Assembly (NCBI RefSeq): GCF_963921235.1
Contig: NC_086108.1
Coordinates: forward strand, 54,252,001-54,316,000
DNA length: 64,000 nt
Direction: 5' to 3'
From: Mobula hypostoma
Lineage: Eukaryota
Under the pieces are notes generated by a model. The model worked only from the letters and a program-made list of their open reading frames with translations, did not search any database and was not told where the DNA came from. Both the position numbers and the translations under genes were made by a program. Below, piece after piece: positions 50,384 to 62,849 of the stretch. The number at the start of each line of letters is the position of its first letter. Within the stretch, counting starts at the first letter, position 1.

Positions 50384-52918
50384 ATACATATAAAAAAATG
50401 GAAAAGGTTATATGTGTGGAAAAAGTACGATATTTGTGAATTCCTTATCCAAATAAAAATAAAATTTAAAAAAAAAGAGGAGTTGGCCAAAGTAATTTGG
50501 AAGGAGCTGCTGCAGGGATGTCAGCAGAACAGCAATGGCATGTGTTTCTGGAAAAAATGAGGAAGGTGCAGGACATGCGTATTCCAAACATGAAGAAATA
50601 CTCAAATGGTAAAATAGTACAACCATGGCTGACAAGGGAAGTCAAAGCTATTGTAAATGCAAAAGAAAGGGTGTACAACAAAGCAAAAATTAGTGGGAAG
50701 ATAGAGGATTGGGAAGTTCTTAAAAACCTACAGAGAGCAACTAAAAAAACCATTAGAAGGGAATAGATGAAATATGAAAGCAAACTAGCAAATAATATCG
50801 AAGTGGATATTAGAAGTTTTTTTTTCAAATATGTTTAAAAATAAAAGAGAAATGAGAGTGGATACAGGACCGCTAGAAAATGAGGCAGGACAAGGAGATG
50901 GCTGATGAACTAAATAAGTATTTTGCATCAGTCTTCGCTGTGGAAGACACTAGCAGTATACCTGATGTTTAGTGTGTGAAGGAAGAGAAGTGGGTGCAGT
51001 TAGTATTATAAGAGAGAAGGTGCTCAAAAAGCTGAAAGACCTAAAGGTACATAAGACACCCGGACCAGATGAACTGCACCCTAGGGTTCTGAAAGAGGTA
51101 GTGTTAGAGATTTTGGTGGCATTAGAAATGATCTTTCAAAAATTATTGGACTCTGACATGGTGCCTGAGGACAGGAAAATTACAAATGTCACTCCACTCT
51201 TTAAAAAGGGAGGAAGGCAGCAGAAAGGAAATTATAGACCAGTTAGCCTGACCACGGTGGTTGGGAAGATGTTAGAGTCAATTGTTAAGGACGAGGTGAT
51301 GGAGTACTTGGTGACACAGGACAAAATAGTACAAAGTCAGCATGGTTTCCTTCAGGGAATATCCTGCCTGACGAACCTGTTGGAATTCTTTGAGGAGATT
51401 ACAAGTAGGATAGATAAAGGGGATGCAGTGGATGTTGTATATTTGGATTTTCAGAAGACCTTTGACAAGTTGCCACACATGAGGCTACTTACCAAGTTAA
51501 GAGCCCATGGTATTACAGGAAAGTTATTAACATGGTTAGAGCATTGGCTGATTGGTAGGAGGCAGTGAGTGGGAATAAAAGGATCCTTTTCTGGTTGGCT
51601 GCCGGTGACTAGTGGTGTTCCGCAGGGGTTGGTGTTGGGACCACTTCTTTTTATGCTGTATATAAATGTTTTAGATGATGGAATAGATGGCTTTGTTGCC
51701 GAGTTTGCAGATGATCATGAAGATTGGTGGAGTGGCAGGTAGTGTTGAAGAAACAGGATGCAGAAGGACTTAGATTAGGAGAATGGCAAGAAAGTGGCGA
51801 ATGAAATAAAATGTTGGAAAATGTATGGTCATACGCTTTGGTCATAGAAATAAATGTGCAGACTATTTTCTAAACAGGGAGAAAATCCAAAAATCTGAGA
51901 TGCAAAGGGACTTGGGAGTCCTTGTGCAGAACACTCTGAAGGTTAAATTGCAGATTGAGTCAGTGGTGAAGAAGGCAAATGCCTTGTTAGCTTTCATTTC
52001 AAAAGGTCTAGATTACAAGAGCAAGGATGTGATACTGAGGCTTTATAAGGCACCAGTGAGGCCCCACCTTGAGTATTGTGAACAGTTTTGGGTCCCTCAT
52101 CTTAGAAAAGATGTGCTGGCATTGGAGAGGGTCCAGAGGAGGTTCACAAGCATGATTCTAGGAATGAAAGGGTTATCATACGAGAAACTTTTGATGGCTC
52201 TGGGTCTGTACTCGCTGGAATTCAGAAAGATAGGGGGGATCTCATTGAAACCTTTTGAATGTTGAAAGGCCTAGAAAGAGTAGATGTGGAAAGGATGTTT
52301 CCCATGGTGGGAAAGTCTAGGACATGAGGGCACAGCCTCAGAATAGAGGGGCGCCCTTTCAAAACAGATGCAGAGAAATTTCTTTTGCTAAAGGGTGGTG
52401 AATTTGTGGAATTTGTTGCCACATGCAGTTGTGAAGCACAGGTCGTTGGGTGTATTTAAAGCAGAGATTGATAGGTTCTTGATTGGACATGGCATCAAAG
52501 GTTACAGGGAGAAGGCCTGGATCTAGGTTAAGGAGGAGGAAAAAAAAGGATCAGCCACAGGACCTGTGGCTTTTTAATACTCAAAACAAGACTCAGGGCT
52601 ATATACGCATTGTCAAAGGCATTCAAGATACTTCTTCAGAGTGTGCTGCAATAGTATTGTCATCTGCATACTAAAGTTCCATGGTGGTGGTGGTGCTGAA
52701 CTTATTCTCGGCCTTGAACCAGTCAAGATTAAAAATCCTATTGTCCATTCTGTATATGATTGGGATTCCCTGTGTCAGAACATTTGTGTCTTGATAATAT
52801 AAGCCAGAGAGTTTTGCAGTCTCCTGTATCAAATACCTTTGTCAAGTCTATGAAAGTCAAGTACAAGGATTGCCATTGAACATGACGTTTTCCTATAATT
52901 GAGGTATTATGAAGATTA

Positions 52919-54489
52919 CAGGTGTCCCCCGCTTTTTGAACGTTCGCTTTACGAAACCTCACTGTTACGAAAAAAGCAGCGTGCGAAAAAAAAAAAATCA
53001 GCTCACGATAAAAGGCAGCGTGTGCCCCGAGCAGCTGCTCCTCCCCCGGATTCAGAACAGCATTCTCGCCGGCATTGCTTAAACACATGTCTGTGAGTAG
53101 CCGTTTGCAAGATGAGTTCTAAGGTGTCGGAAAAGCCTGAAAGAGCTCGTAAGGGTGTTACGCTTAGCATAAAACTAGACATAATTAAGCGTTTCGATCG
53201 TGGTGAACAAAGTAAGGACAAAGTGAGTTTGGTTTGTGGAAGGTGACGAAGATGATGTTGAAGAGGTTTTGGCATCCCATGACCAAGAACTGATAGATGA
53301 AGAGCTGATGCAATTGGAAGAAGAAAGGATAACAATCGAAACCGAATGCAGTAGCAAACTGAACGTGAAGCAACTGCGTGAGATTTTTACTGCAATGATA
53401 AAGTACGACTTTAATTTTGAAAGGGTACGTAGGTTTAGGAGATATTTGCAAGATAGTTTGAGTCCTTACAAAGAACTGTATGATAGAAAAATGTGCGAGA
53501 CTCAGCAGTCAAGCAAGCCTTTCACATCAGCCACAGCAGACGACTGACCTTGACCTTCAACATCGAGGCAGGTAGTCATAGGAGAAGATGAGCTGCCTGC
53601 TCTAATGGAAACAGACGATGAGATGACACCCCAACATTCAGGCTGCGGACAGATAATTGATTCGCGGAGAATGCAGTGGTAGCCGGGAGGAGCACAGCAC
53701 ATCTTTAAGAAAAAAGCCAAAATAAACATGCTACTTAATTAGGTGCCGCCTGACATGTAATTGTCGGCCCGGATCAGAGACAACGCAATCGGAAATCGGC
53801 TCTGATCTGGGCCGACAATTACGTGCCGGGCGGCACCTAATTAATTAGCATGTTTATTTTGGCTTTTTTCTTAAAGATGTGCTGTGTGCCTCCCGGCTAC
53901 CGCTGTACCCCTGCATGCTTCGCAGCAATGTATCGCTCGGTGGCCTGGAGGGTGGGAGCCACAGCACCACCCCAACCTGCGATGACTCAGCCTAACACAT
54001 CATCATCAGTGTGCTCGACGCTGAACCAATTCTGGTAAGTGATACTACACTGTACATACATTATTTCTACTTTATATAGGCTGTGTAATTTTATGTGTTA
54101 TTTGGTATGATTTGGCAGCTCCATAGCTTAAAGGTTACTGGAGAGAGCTTGCGCCGTGTTTTTGCCAACAGCGCTTGCGTGAGATTTTCTGCCGACGGCA
54201 CTTGCGTGAGATTTTCGCTACGGAGAACAGTGCAGTAATGATTGTGGAAAAGTATTTCTACTTTATATAGGCTGTGTATTTATCATATCATTCCTGGTTT
54301 TACTATATGTTACTGTTATTTTAGGTTTTATGTGTTATTTGGCACGATTTGGTAGGTTATTTTTGGGTCTGCGAACGCTCACAAAATTTTCCCACATAAA
54401 TAAATGGTAATTGCTTCTTCGCTTTATGACATTTTGGCTTACGAACCATTTCATAGGAACGCACTACCTTCGGATGGTGGGGGAACCTG
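52919..54489 (+). mobile_element. Non-autonomous Tigger/pogo-like transposon, copy 2
   Basis: Same TIRs, TA TSD, deletion junction and internal palindrome as 9047-10625. Confidence 0.9.
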
Positions 54490-54574
54490 TACTGCTATTG
54501 TACCTCTAGCGGGTGGAAACCACACTGTGATTCTGGGAGTACTTCTTCAGACAGAGGAAGGAGTTTGTTGTCCA

Positions 54575-57415
54575 GGTGAACAGCCAGAGGTCATGGATCA
54601 TATTGGTACCAACGACATAGGTAGGGAAAGGGAGGAGGTGCTGAAAACAGACTACAGGGAGTTAGGAAGGAAGTTGAGAAGCAGGACCTCAAAGGTAGTA
54701 ATCTTGGGATTACTGCCTGTGCCATATGACAGTGAGTATAGGAATAGAGTGAGGTGGTGGATAAATGTGTGGCTGAGGGATTGGAGCAGAGGGCAGGGAT
54801 TCAGATTTCTGGATATCTGGGACTCTTTTGGGGCAGGCACGACCTTTACAAAAAGGATGGGTTGCACTTGAATCCGAGGGGGACCAATATCCTGGTGGGA
54901 AGGTTTGCTGAGGCTGTTGGGGATAGTTTAAACTGGAACTGAAGAGACGGAGGAAGGGGCGGTTGGCTCACAAATAGAGAAAGCTTGGAGACAGTGCAAG
55001 AGGGAAGATAGGCAGGTGATAGAGAAGGGATACGCTCAGACCGCTAGTTTGAGATGTGTCTTTTTTAATGCAAGAAGCATCATGAACAAAGCAGCTGAGC
55101 TTAGAGCGTGGATCAGTACTTGGAGCTATGATATTATGGCCATTACAGAGACTTGGATGGCTCAGGGGCAGGAATGGTTACTTAGAGTGCCAGGCTTTAA
55201 ATGTTTCAGAAAGGACAGGGAGGGAGGCAAAAGAGGTGGGAGCATGGCACTGCTGATCAGATGGTGTCATGGCTGCAGAAAAGGAGGAAGTCATGGAGGG
55301 ATTGTCTACTGAGTCTGTGGGTGGGAGTTAGAAACAGGAAGAGGGTCAATAACTCTACTGGGTGTTTTTTATAGACCACTCAATGGTAACAGGGGCACCG
55401 AGGAGAAGATACAGAGACAGATTCTGGAAAGGAGTAATAATAACAGGGTTGTTGTGGTAGGAGATTTTAATTTCTCAAATATTGAGTGGAATCCCCCTAG
55501 AGGGAGGGGTTCAGATGAGGTGGAGTTTGTTAGGTGTGTTCAGGAAGGTTTCCTGACACAATATGCAGATAAGCCTACAAGAGGAGAGGCTGTACTTGAT
55601 CTGGTATTGGGAATTTATAAGAATAGCAGGAAGGAGCTTAAGAATGAAATTAGGAAAGCCAGGAGGGGCCATGAGAAGGCCTTAGTGAGCAAGATTAAAG
55701 AGAACCCCAAAGCATTCAACAAGTATGTGAAGAGCAAGAGGATATGATGTGAGAAAATAGGACCAATCAAATGTGACAGTGGAAAAATGTGTATGGAATC
55801 GGAGGAGATAGCAGACGTACTTAATGAGTACTTTGCTTCATTATTCACTACGGAAAAGGATCTTGGCGATTGTAGGGATGATTTACAGAGGATGTAAAGC
55901 TTGAGCATATTGACATTAAGAAAGGGGATGTGCTGGAGCTTTTGGAAAGCATCTAGTTGGTTAAGTCTCTGGGACCGGATGAGATGTACCCCAGGCTACT
56001 GTGGGAGGCGAGGGAGGAGATTGCTGAGCCTCTGGCAATGATCTTTGCATCATCAATGGGGATGGGAGAGGTTCCAGAGTATCCCTTATTCAAGAAAGAA
56101 AATAGAGATAGCCCAGGAAATTATAGACCAGTGAGACTTACTTCAGTGGTTGGTAAGTTGATGGAAAAGATCCCGAGAGGCAGGGTTTATGAACATTTGG
56201 AGAGGCATAATATGATTAGGAATGGTCAGTATGGCTTTATCAAAGGCAGGTCGTGCCTTACGAGCCTGATTGAATTTTGAGGATGTGGCTAAATACGTTG
56301 ATGAAGGAAGAGCAGTGGATGTAGTGTCTGTGGATTTCAGCAAGGCATTTGATAAGGTACCCCATGCAAGGCTTATTGCGAAAGTAAGAAGGCACGGGAT
56401 CCAAGGGGACTTTGATTTGTGGATCCAGAACTGGCTTGCCCATTGAAGGCAAAGAGTGGTTGTAGACGGGTCATATTCTTTATGGAGGTTGGTGACCAGT
56501 GGAGTGCCTCAGGGATCTGTTCTGGGACCCCTTCTCTTTGTAATTTTTATAAATGGCCTGGATGAGGAAATGGAGGGATGGGTTTGTAAATTTGCTGATG
56601 ACACAAAAGTTGGGGGTGTTGTGGATACTGTGGAGGGCTGTCAAAGATTACAGTGGGACATTGATAGGATGCAGAACTGGGCTGAGAAGTAGCAGATGGA
56701 GTTAAACCCAGATAAGTGTGAGGTGGTTCATTTTGGTAGGTCAAATATGATGGTAGAATATAGTATTAATGATAAGACTCTTGGCAGTGTGGAGGATCAG
56801 AGGAATCTTGGGGTCTGAGTCCATAGGACACTCAAAGCTGTTGCGCAGGTTGACTGTGTGGTTAAGAAGGTATACGGTGCATTGTCCTTCATCAACCATG
56901 AGATTGAGTTTAAGAGCCGAGAGGTAATGTTACAGCTAGATAGGACCCTGGTCAGACCCCACTTGGAGTACTGTGCTCAGTTCTGGTCACCTCACTACAG
57001 GAAGGATGTGGACGCCATAGAAAGGGTGCAGAGGAGATTTACAAGGATGTTGCCTGGATTGGGGAGCATGCCTTATGAGAATAGATTGAGTGAACTCAGC
57101 CTTTTCTCCTTGGAGCGGCGGAGGATGAGAGGTTGTCTGATGAGAGGGATTGATCATGTGGATAGTCAGAGACTTTTTCCTAGGGCTGAAGTGGCTAACA
57201 CGAGAGGGCACAGTTTTAATGCTTGGAAGTTGGTATAAAGGAGGTGTCAGGGGGCAAGTTTTTTATGCAGAGAGTGGTGAGTGTGTGGAATGGGTTGCCG
57301 GCGACGGTGGTGGAGGCAGATACAGTAGGGTCTTTTAAGAGACTCTTGGATAGGTACATGGAGCTTAGAAAAATTGAGAGCGATGGGTAACCTGAGGTAA
57401 TTTCTAAAGTAAGTA
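54575..57415 (+). mobile_element. CR1 LINE (ORF1 esterase remnant plus ORF2 with a deletion at ~55612)
   Basis: HIGTNDIG, FFNARS, KFADDTK motifs; colinear with the 11343 copy; tail cut at a TA. Confidence 0.92.
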
Positions 57416-58157
57416 CAGGTTTCCCCGGCTATCCGAATGTAGAGCGCTCCTATGAAACTGTTCGTAAGCCAAAATGGCGTAAAGCGAAGAAGCAATTACC
57501 ATTGATTTATATGGGAAAAATTTTTGGGTGTTCCCAGACCCAAAAAATAACCTACCAAATAACACTAAAACTTAAAATAACGGTAACATATAATAAAAGC
57601 AGGAATGATATAATAAGTACACAGCCTATATAAAGTAGAAATAAAGTATGTACAGTGTAATTTCACTTAACAGAATCAGGGAGTTTGAGCCAAAATCAAT
57701 TTGTTGAAAAAAAATCGGTGTTTACATGCATGTGCACGTCACGCATTTGCATGTACACGCACGTCATGCATGCACACGTACACGCATTCGCATGTCACAC
57801 GTGCACACACCTACCCCCGCAAGGCTTCATGGTCATGGTAGTCTTTCTCGGGGTAAACACAAGTTTAAAGTGAGTGCAAACAACAGGAATTCTGCAGATG
57901 CTGGAAATTCAAGCAACACACATCAAAGTTGCTGGTGAACGCAGCAGGCCAGGCAGCATCTCTAGGAAGAGGTATAGTCGACGTTTTGGGCCGAGACCCT
58001 TCGTCAGGACTGATTTAAAGGTGCCTGGTTTAAAGTGAGTGTCTTTTTTCGTAAAAGTGAAAATCCTCTTTTGGTTAACAAAAGCAGGTACTAATGTAGG
58101 TCTTTCGTAAAAGCGAAATGTCGTAAAGAGAACGTTCTGAAAGCAGGGGACACCCTG
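57416..58157 (-). mobile_element. Short Tigger-like MITE of the same TIR family
   Basis: caggtttcccc... and ...ggggacaccctg termini; no coding remnant. Confidence 0.82.
57877..58027 (-). mobile_element. Penelope terminal fragment with mutated hammerhead
   Basis: 14-bp TSD gtttaaagtgagtg (57863-57876, 58028-58041). Confidence 0.85.
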
Positions 58158-61100
58158 CTAATTAAAATGGCTTCTTTGTTATGTTAACTGCTGAGAAAAT
58201 TCTCTCTCTAGCAGCTTGTTTGGGTTATAGAGTGAGTTGTATTCTGTTGCTAACCAATTGGGATAGATGTTATTTTTTGTGTGTCTGTAAGCTATTGTAT
58301 GCGCGGGTTTTTGGGCAGAAGGCACGATGGGGAGAGAGAGAGTGGACGCGATGCTGTGAGCTGGCTGATGGGACGGACCCCAAGCCGCAGTCCGAGGTTC
58401 AGGGTCTTCAGCGAGGAGAGGAGACGAAGACAGACTCGTGGAGTGTCTGGTTGATCACCGTGGTTGGTCCCAGGCGGCGGGTCGAGGTGGTCGGAGGGGA
58501 TCGAATGGTGAAAAGAGGACCGTTACTAGAGCTCCAACTGGTGTGCACGAAGAGATTGAACTTTGATAAGTTTGGCACCTTTTCCTTTTATATTTTATCT
58601 CTATTAATTATATAGTTCCAGTAATATCTATGAATTGTAATCATTTAATCGTATATGGTGTATTGTCTGTTATTTGGTGGGGTGGGGTACATCACACAGC
58701 ATCCACACAAACTTGATTACCCAGTTTGGTGGGGCCGAAGGCTGCTCCCCCTAGATGACAGTGAGTTGAGCGAGCCTGAGGCTTACCAGGGGGAGCTACA
58801 TTTGGGGGCTTAGTCTGAGATTGGATTCAGTGGTGTGCTGCCTGAGTGCCCTGTTTAAATCAGTAATGTGTGTCTCTGTGGGATTGCTGGTTATTACTGC
58901 ATGCGTGTTGAGTGGAGTCTTTGAGTTCAGATTAGTGCTGACGAGTTGGTGGTGGGACCAGGGGCTGTCCATACTGTTAGGAGAGAGAGGAAAGAGTGGT
59001 CTGATTCAGAGATGGTGTCTGCGAATAAATGTTCCAGCTATGGCGGTGTCCGCCTGGCTTTTGGGATATTGTCCACCCCTAAAGGGGCAGAGGCATAAGA
59101 GATGTGGGCGGAGCGGATCTCTCAGTTGTTAGATGAGTGGCAGTGCCTCAGTTGAGGGAGAGTGACAGGGATTGGTTGAAAGTTTGAGTAGGCAGGCTGT
59201 TGACGGTGTTAGAACTGTCAGGTTCAATTACCCTGCAGTGACAGCTGCCAGTTATCTGAAAGAGGGGGAAAAGTTTTCGGTGTATCTTCTGTGGCTAGGA
59301 GGGTAGCTAAATTTCTTGCAGTGCCGGGGGATCATTTCAAGGGATCAGCCCCTCCCTCAGTTGTTCAGTTGAGCAGAGGGGTGTCGGGAAACTTAGTGGA
59401 GGCCCTGTGGGGGAACGGCTTGGGGTCTCTGGGGGAGCACGTTTCCAGCAATGTATCAGGGAACTTCCGAAAGGAAAAGACCCTATTCCTGAAGGCTTAG
59501 AGGGACCACGCCCCTGTGTGTCGTTACGGATAGATGGAAGCTATGCTAAAGCCATCCTCGACACCGGGGCGCAGGTCAAGTTGTTGTACAGTTCATTTTA
59601 CAACCAATGTCTGAAGCATTTACCCTTGACAATATTAAGTGCACTGGTGTTCATGGGGGCATTGTCTGTGCACCCAGCGTTTCAAGCTGCTTGTGAGGAC
59701 GTGTGTAGCAGCCTTGGGCTGGTACCAAATTTAAACGAGAGCCGATTGTGGTACGGCCTGGGGGAAGTATCTGAGGGTGAGACCCTCTTAGTAGAGCTCC
59801 GAAATACCATGAGGGAGGGGAGTTGACCGCTGAAGACACCTCGGTGAGAGAGAGGTCGCGGTGACTGGACCCTGTAGCCATGGAAGACGTAGGCGGTGTA
59901 GGTGTGAATTGTAGGACTCTGAACAGGCTCACTGTCATTGACCAGAATACGGTCCTGAGGGCCGAAGACGCTATGGTCTGTTTGTATGGTGCGACGTGGT
60001 TTAATGTGCTGGATCTGAGGAGTGGATATTGCCAGATCCCGATGAGTGAGGCCAACAAGGAGAAGACAGCCGTTATAGGTTCCCTAGGATTCTTTCGATC
60101 TGAGAAGGTGCCCCAGGGCATATCCGGAGCCCCTGCAATCTTTCCGCGGGGCATGAGGAAGTCCATGGGGGATGTAGAGGTGTTTGGAGTTTTGGCGTAT
60201 GTGGATGAACACCTAGGGTTTGGATTCGCCTTGGGGGACAATGATGTGAGGCAAGGGCTGGAGCCTGGGACAACGTTCACGCTTGTCAAAGTGGAGATGG
60301 AAAAACGGAATTCCGAGCTGAAACTGTGGTCATGTACTGTTGAATTAATCCAGAGAGACGAAACAATGACCAACCTTCAAAAGGATCAGCAGGCATTGAT
60401 CAAGGCATCGATCCAGAACAGATTGGAAGAAGCTGGTGGTGTAACTGCATCCCAGATGGAGATGGACATGAAGAATGGGTCAGAATTGCTGAGACTGGGG
60501 CGAGAGTTGGAGGAGTCAGAGAAGAAGCTGACGTCTCGACTGCAAGAGGCTGCAGAGGATCTTCGAAGGATGATGTGCTGGATATGTGGTACATGCTGCC
60601 TTTCGCTAACTTCCCCTTGATTGAGGAAGAAACTTTTGGTCCTTCCCCCACTGAGTCAGGTGTAGTGAGGAGGGCTAGCTGTGGGCAGCCTGGGTTACAG
60701 CAGGACCCGGAAGGAAAAGAAATGGGGCCCCGGACACGGAGCAGAGGGCTCCGAGTTGCAGTGGGGGCATGAGTGAGAGATTGAGAGAGGAGTTGGCAAA
60801 CAGACTCGAGGTATCCCTGGTAGTGTCTGAGCCTCAAGGGTTTAGGTGAGGGGGTACGGAGGTCTCAGAGAATTAGGAAACTCCCAGATAGGTTGGCCTA
60901 TGTAGTGCCCGTGGGATCGGGCGTAAGGTCCACTGTTTGGGGAGCAATGTCACTGTTTGTACCTGGTTTGGGTTTTTCTGTCTGCAGGAATGGTTGGCGA
61001 GTTATTTAGAAGTCATGAGGACATGACTTTATTTGGTGGGGGGAGAGAGGAAGGGGTTTCTTCTTTTATGTTACTGCTGTAGGCTAATTAAAGTGGCTTC

Positions 61101-61695
61101 TTTGTTATGTTAACTGCTGGGAAAGTTCTCTCACTAGCAGCTTGTTTGGTTTATAGAGTGAGTTGTATTCCGTTGCTAACCAATTTGGATAGATGTTATT
61201 TTTTGTGTGTCTGTAAGCTATTGTATGCGCGGGTTTTTGGGCAGAAGGCGCGATGGGGAGAAAGAGAGAGAGAGTGGACGCGATGCTGTGAGCTGGCCGA
61301 TGGGATGGACTCCAAGCCAGAGTCTGAAGTCCTGGGTCTTCGGTGAGAAGAGGAGACGAAGACAGACTCATGTGGAGCGGCTGGTCGACCACTGTGGTTG
61401 GTCCCAGGCGGCGGGTCGAAGTGGTCGGAGGGGATCGAATGGTGAAAAGAGGACTGTTACTAGAGCTCCAACTGGTGTGCACGAAGAGGTTGAACTTTGA
61501 TAAGTTTGGTGCCTTTTACTTTCCTCTTATATTTTAATCATTTAATCGTATATGGTGTACTGTCTGTTTTTTGGCGGGGTGAGGTACATCACACAGCATC
61601 CACACAAACTTGATTACCCAGTTTGACAGGGCTGAAGGCTGCTCCCCCTAGACGACAGCGAGTTGAGCGACCCTGAGGCTTACAGGGGGGCTACA
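58158..61695 (+). mobile_element. Gypsy LTR retrotransposon, internally deleted, carrying a myosin-rod-like insert
   Basis: LTRs at 58158-58800 (5'-clipped) and ~61048-61695, both ending gctaca; degenerate tRNA-Pro PBS at 58801-58822; protease [17 protein letters not shown]...PQG...YVDE; pol-end motif RRSQRIRKLPDRL; PPT at ~61035-61047. Confidence 0.9.
60279..60557 (+). pseudogene. Captured sarcomeric myosin heavy-chain rod fragments inside the Gypsy pol ORF
   Basis: TLVKVEMEK...[14 protein letters not shown] / [15 protein letters not shown]...RELEE / [18 protein letters not shown] align without gaps to three separate segments of the myosin II rod as recalled. Confidence 0.8.
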
Positions 61696-62849
61696 GAAGT
61701 AACTTGGACCATAGACTGCCATACTGGTACTAAAGAAGCCTCTCGTGTCACTGGAGTCTGCCAGTCTCTGGATTTCCAGGGCTTTGGGATAACGCTTGAA
61801 GAACAAAAACTAATCGAAAAAATAGTTGTGAGTCTGTTGGTTTATTTGGGACACTATGCCACTTAAATGGGGGATAGTGTCCCAAAAATTCCCCCAAAGT
61901 CCACCAAAAATTCTTTAGCCCCTTCTCCCTGTGCTGGACATTTGCCTTGGCTTCTCTTCTGGCCTTGCTGCTACTACCATTCTGCCAGGCACAGGAAGCT
62001 TTCCTTTACTTGAAGATAAATTATTCTGTCTCCCTAACATTATCATTCAACCAATCCTGATGTTTTCTGGACCTATACCCAAGGATTCTGTAGCAGTTAC
62101 TTGAAAACAAACCAAAACCGTTCGGAGACTAAGCATGGGGGGTTGACACTGTGACGCGCTCTCCACAATAGCGAAGTTCAAAATCAAAGAAAGTACGTTT
62201 GTTTCTTTAGTAAGTCATCAAAGACGAACAGTCTTGTAATGATTAAAAAAAACTAATGAGACTGAAAGTAGCGATATAATGAAATAAGTGGTAACATTAG
62301 CAATTTAACATATTTAAGAGTATTTAAACATTAATAAGTGATCATAACATACTTAAGCATTCTTAAGTGTTCTTAAGAGATCAACAAAAAAAATAATTCT
62401 GGCTGCTTCTCTGGTTCTACCTAGACTGAACTGACCTAAGACAAAGCATCAATGCATAACTGTACTCTTCGTTTCTACAACGTCCCAACCCACGTGACAA
62501 ATTACCTACAATAAACGTGCAACAAAATACAATTCAGACATACATAAAATAGATACGTGACTCCTATAGATGCTTTTGCAGGTATTGAGGATGGTGAATT
62601 TAAGGAAACACCAGCATTATTTAATATCCCCAGGATATTCCTGAGGTTAAGTCAGGAATATCACTCTAAACATTGTGTAGTGGACACACAAGTGTATGTT
62701 CGAAACTGTTCAACAACAATCTCCTATCCCAATTAAGTGGCGTAGTGTCCCAAATACACTAATGGAATCACAGCTATTTTTTTCAATTAGTTTTTAGAGT
62801 TATCCCACATATGCAGCTGCCCTGATTAACTGGAATCCACTGTAATTAT

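Larger units (their letters stand above)
41097..50473 (+). mobile_element. L1/Tx1 LINE with both ends intact, ORF2 internally deleted, Gypsy inserted in 3' UTR
   Basis: 15-bp TSD aaagaggagttggcc (41082-41096, 50474-50488); G-run 5' end; ORF1 41237-42151; endonuclease from 42582; RT FADD; CCHC motif CWRRC...HIFWDC; AATAAA plus A tail. Confidence 0.95.
40561..52555. mobile_element. CR1 LINE: body on + (40753-41096, 50474-52555), 3' tail inverted at 40571-40628
   Basis: CR1 EN/RT motifs; direct repeat cacaggac at 40553-40560 and 52556-52563. Confidence 0.8.
39340..54574 (-). mobile_element. Old RTE-clade LINE in three pieces (54490-54574, 52556-52918, 39340-39594)
   Basis: EEVLPESQCGF | LYLTFIDLTKVFD...YADD...SIKKPQVL | QSSP...LENVDHFLYIG are colinear RTE RT motifs once the insertions are removed. 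Confidence 0.75.

Noticed and set aside
59651..60373. 240-aa antisense ORF
   Set aside because: Shadow of the + strand pol remnant with no recognisable motif.
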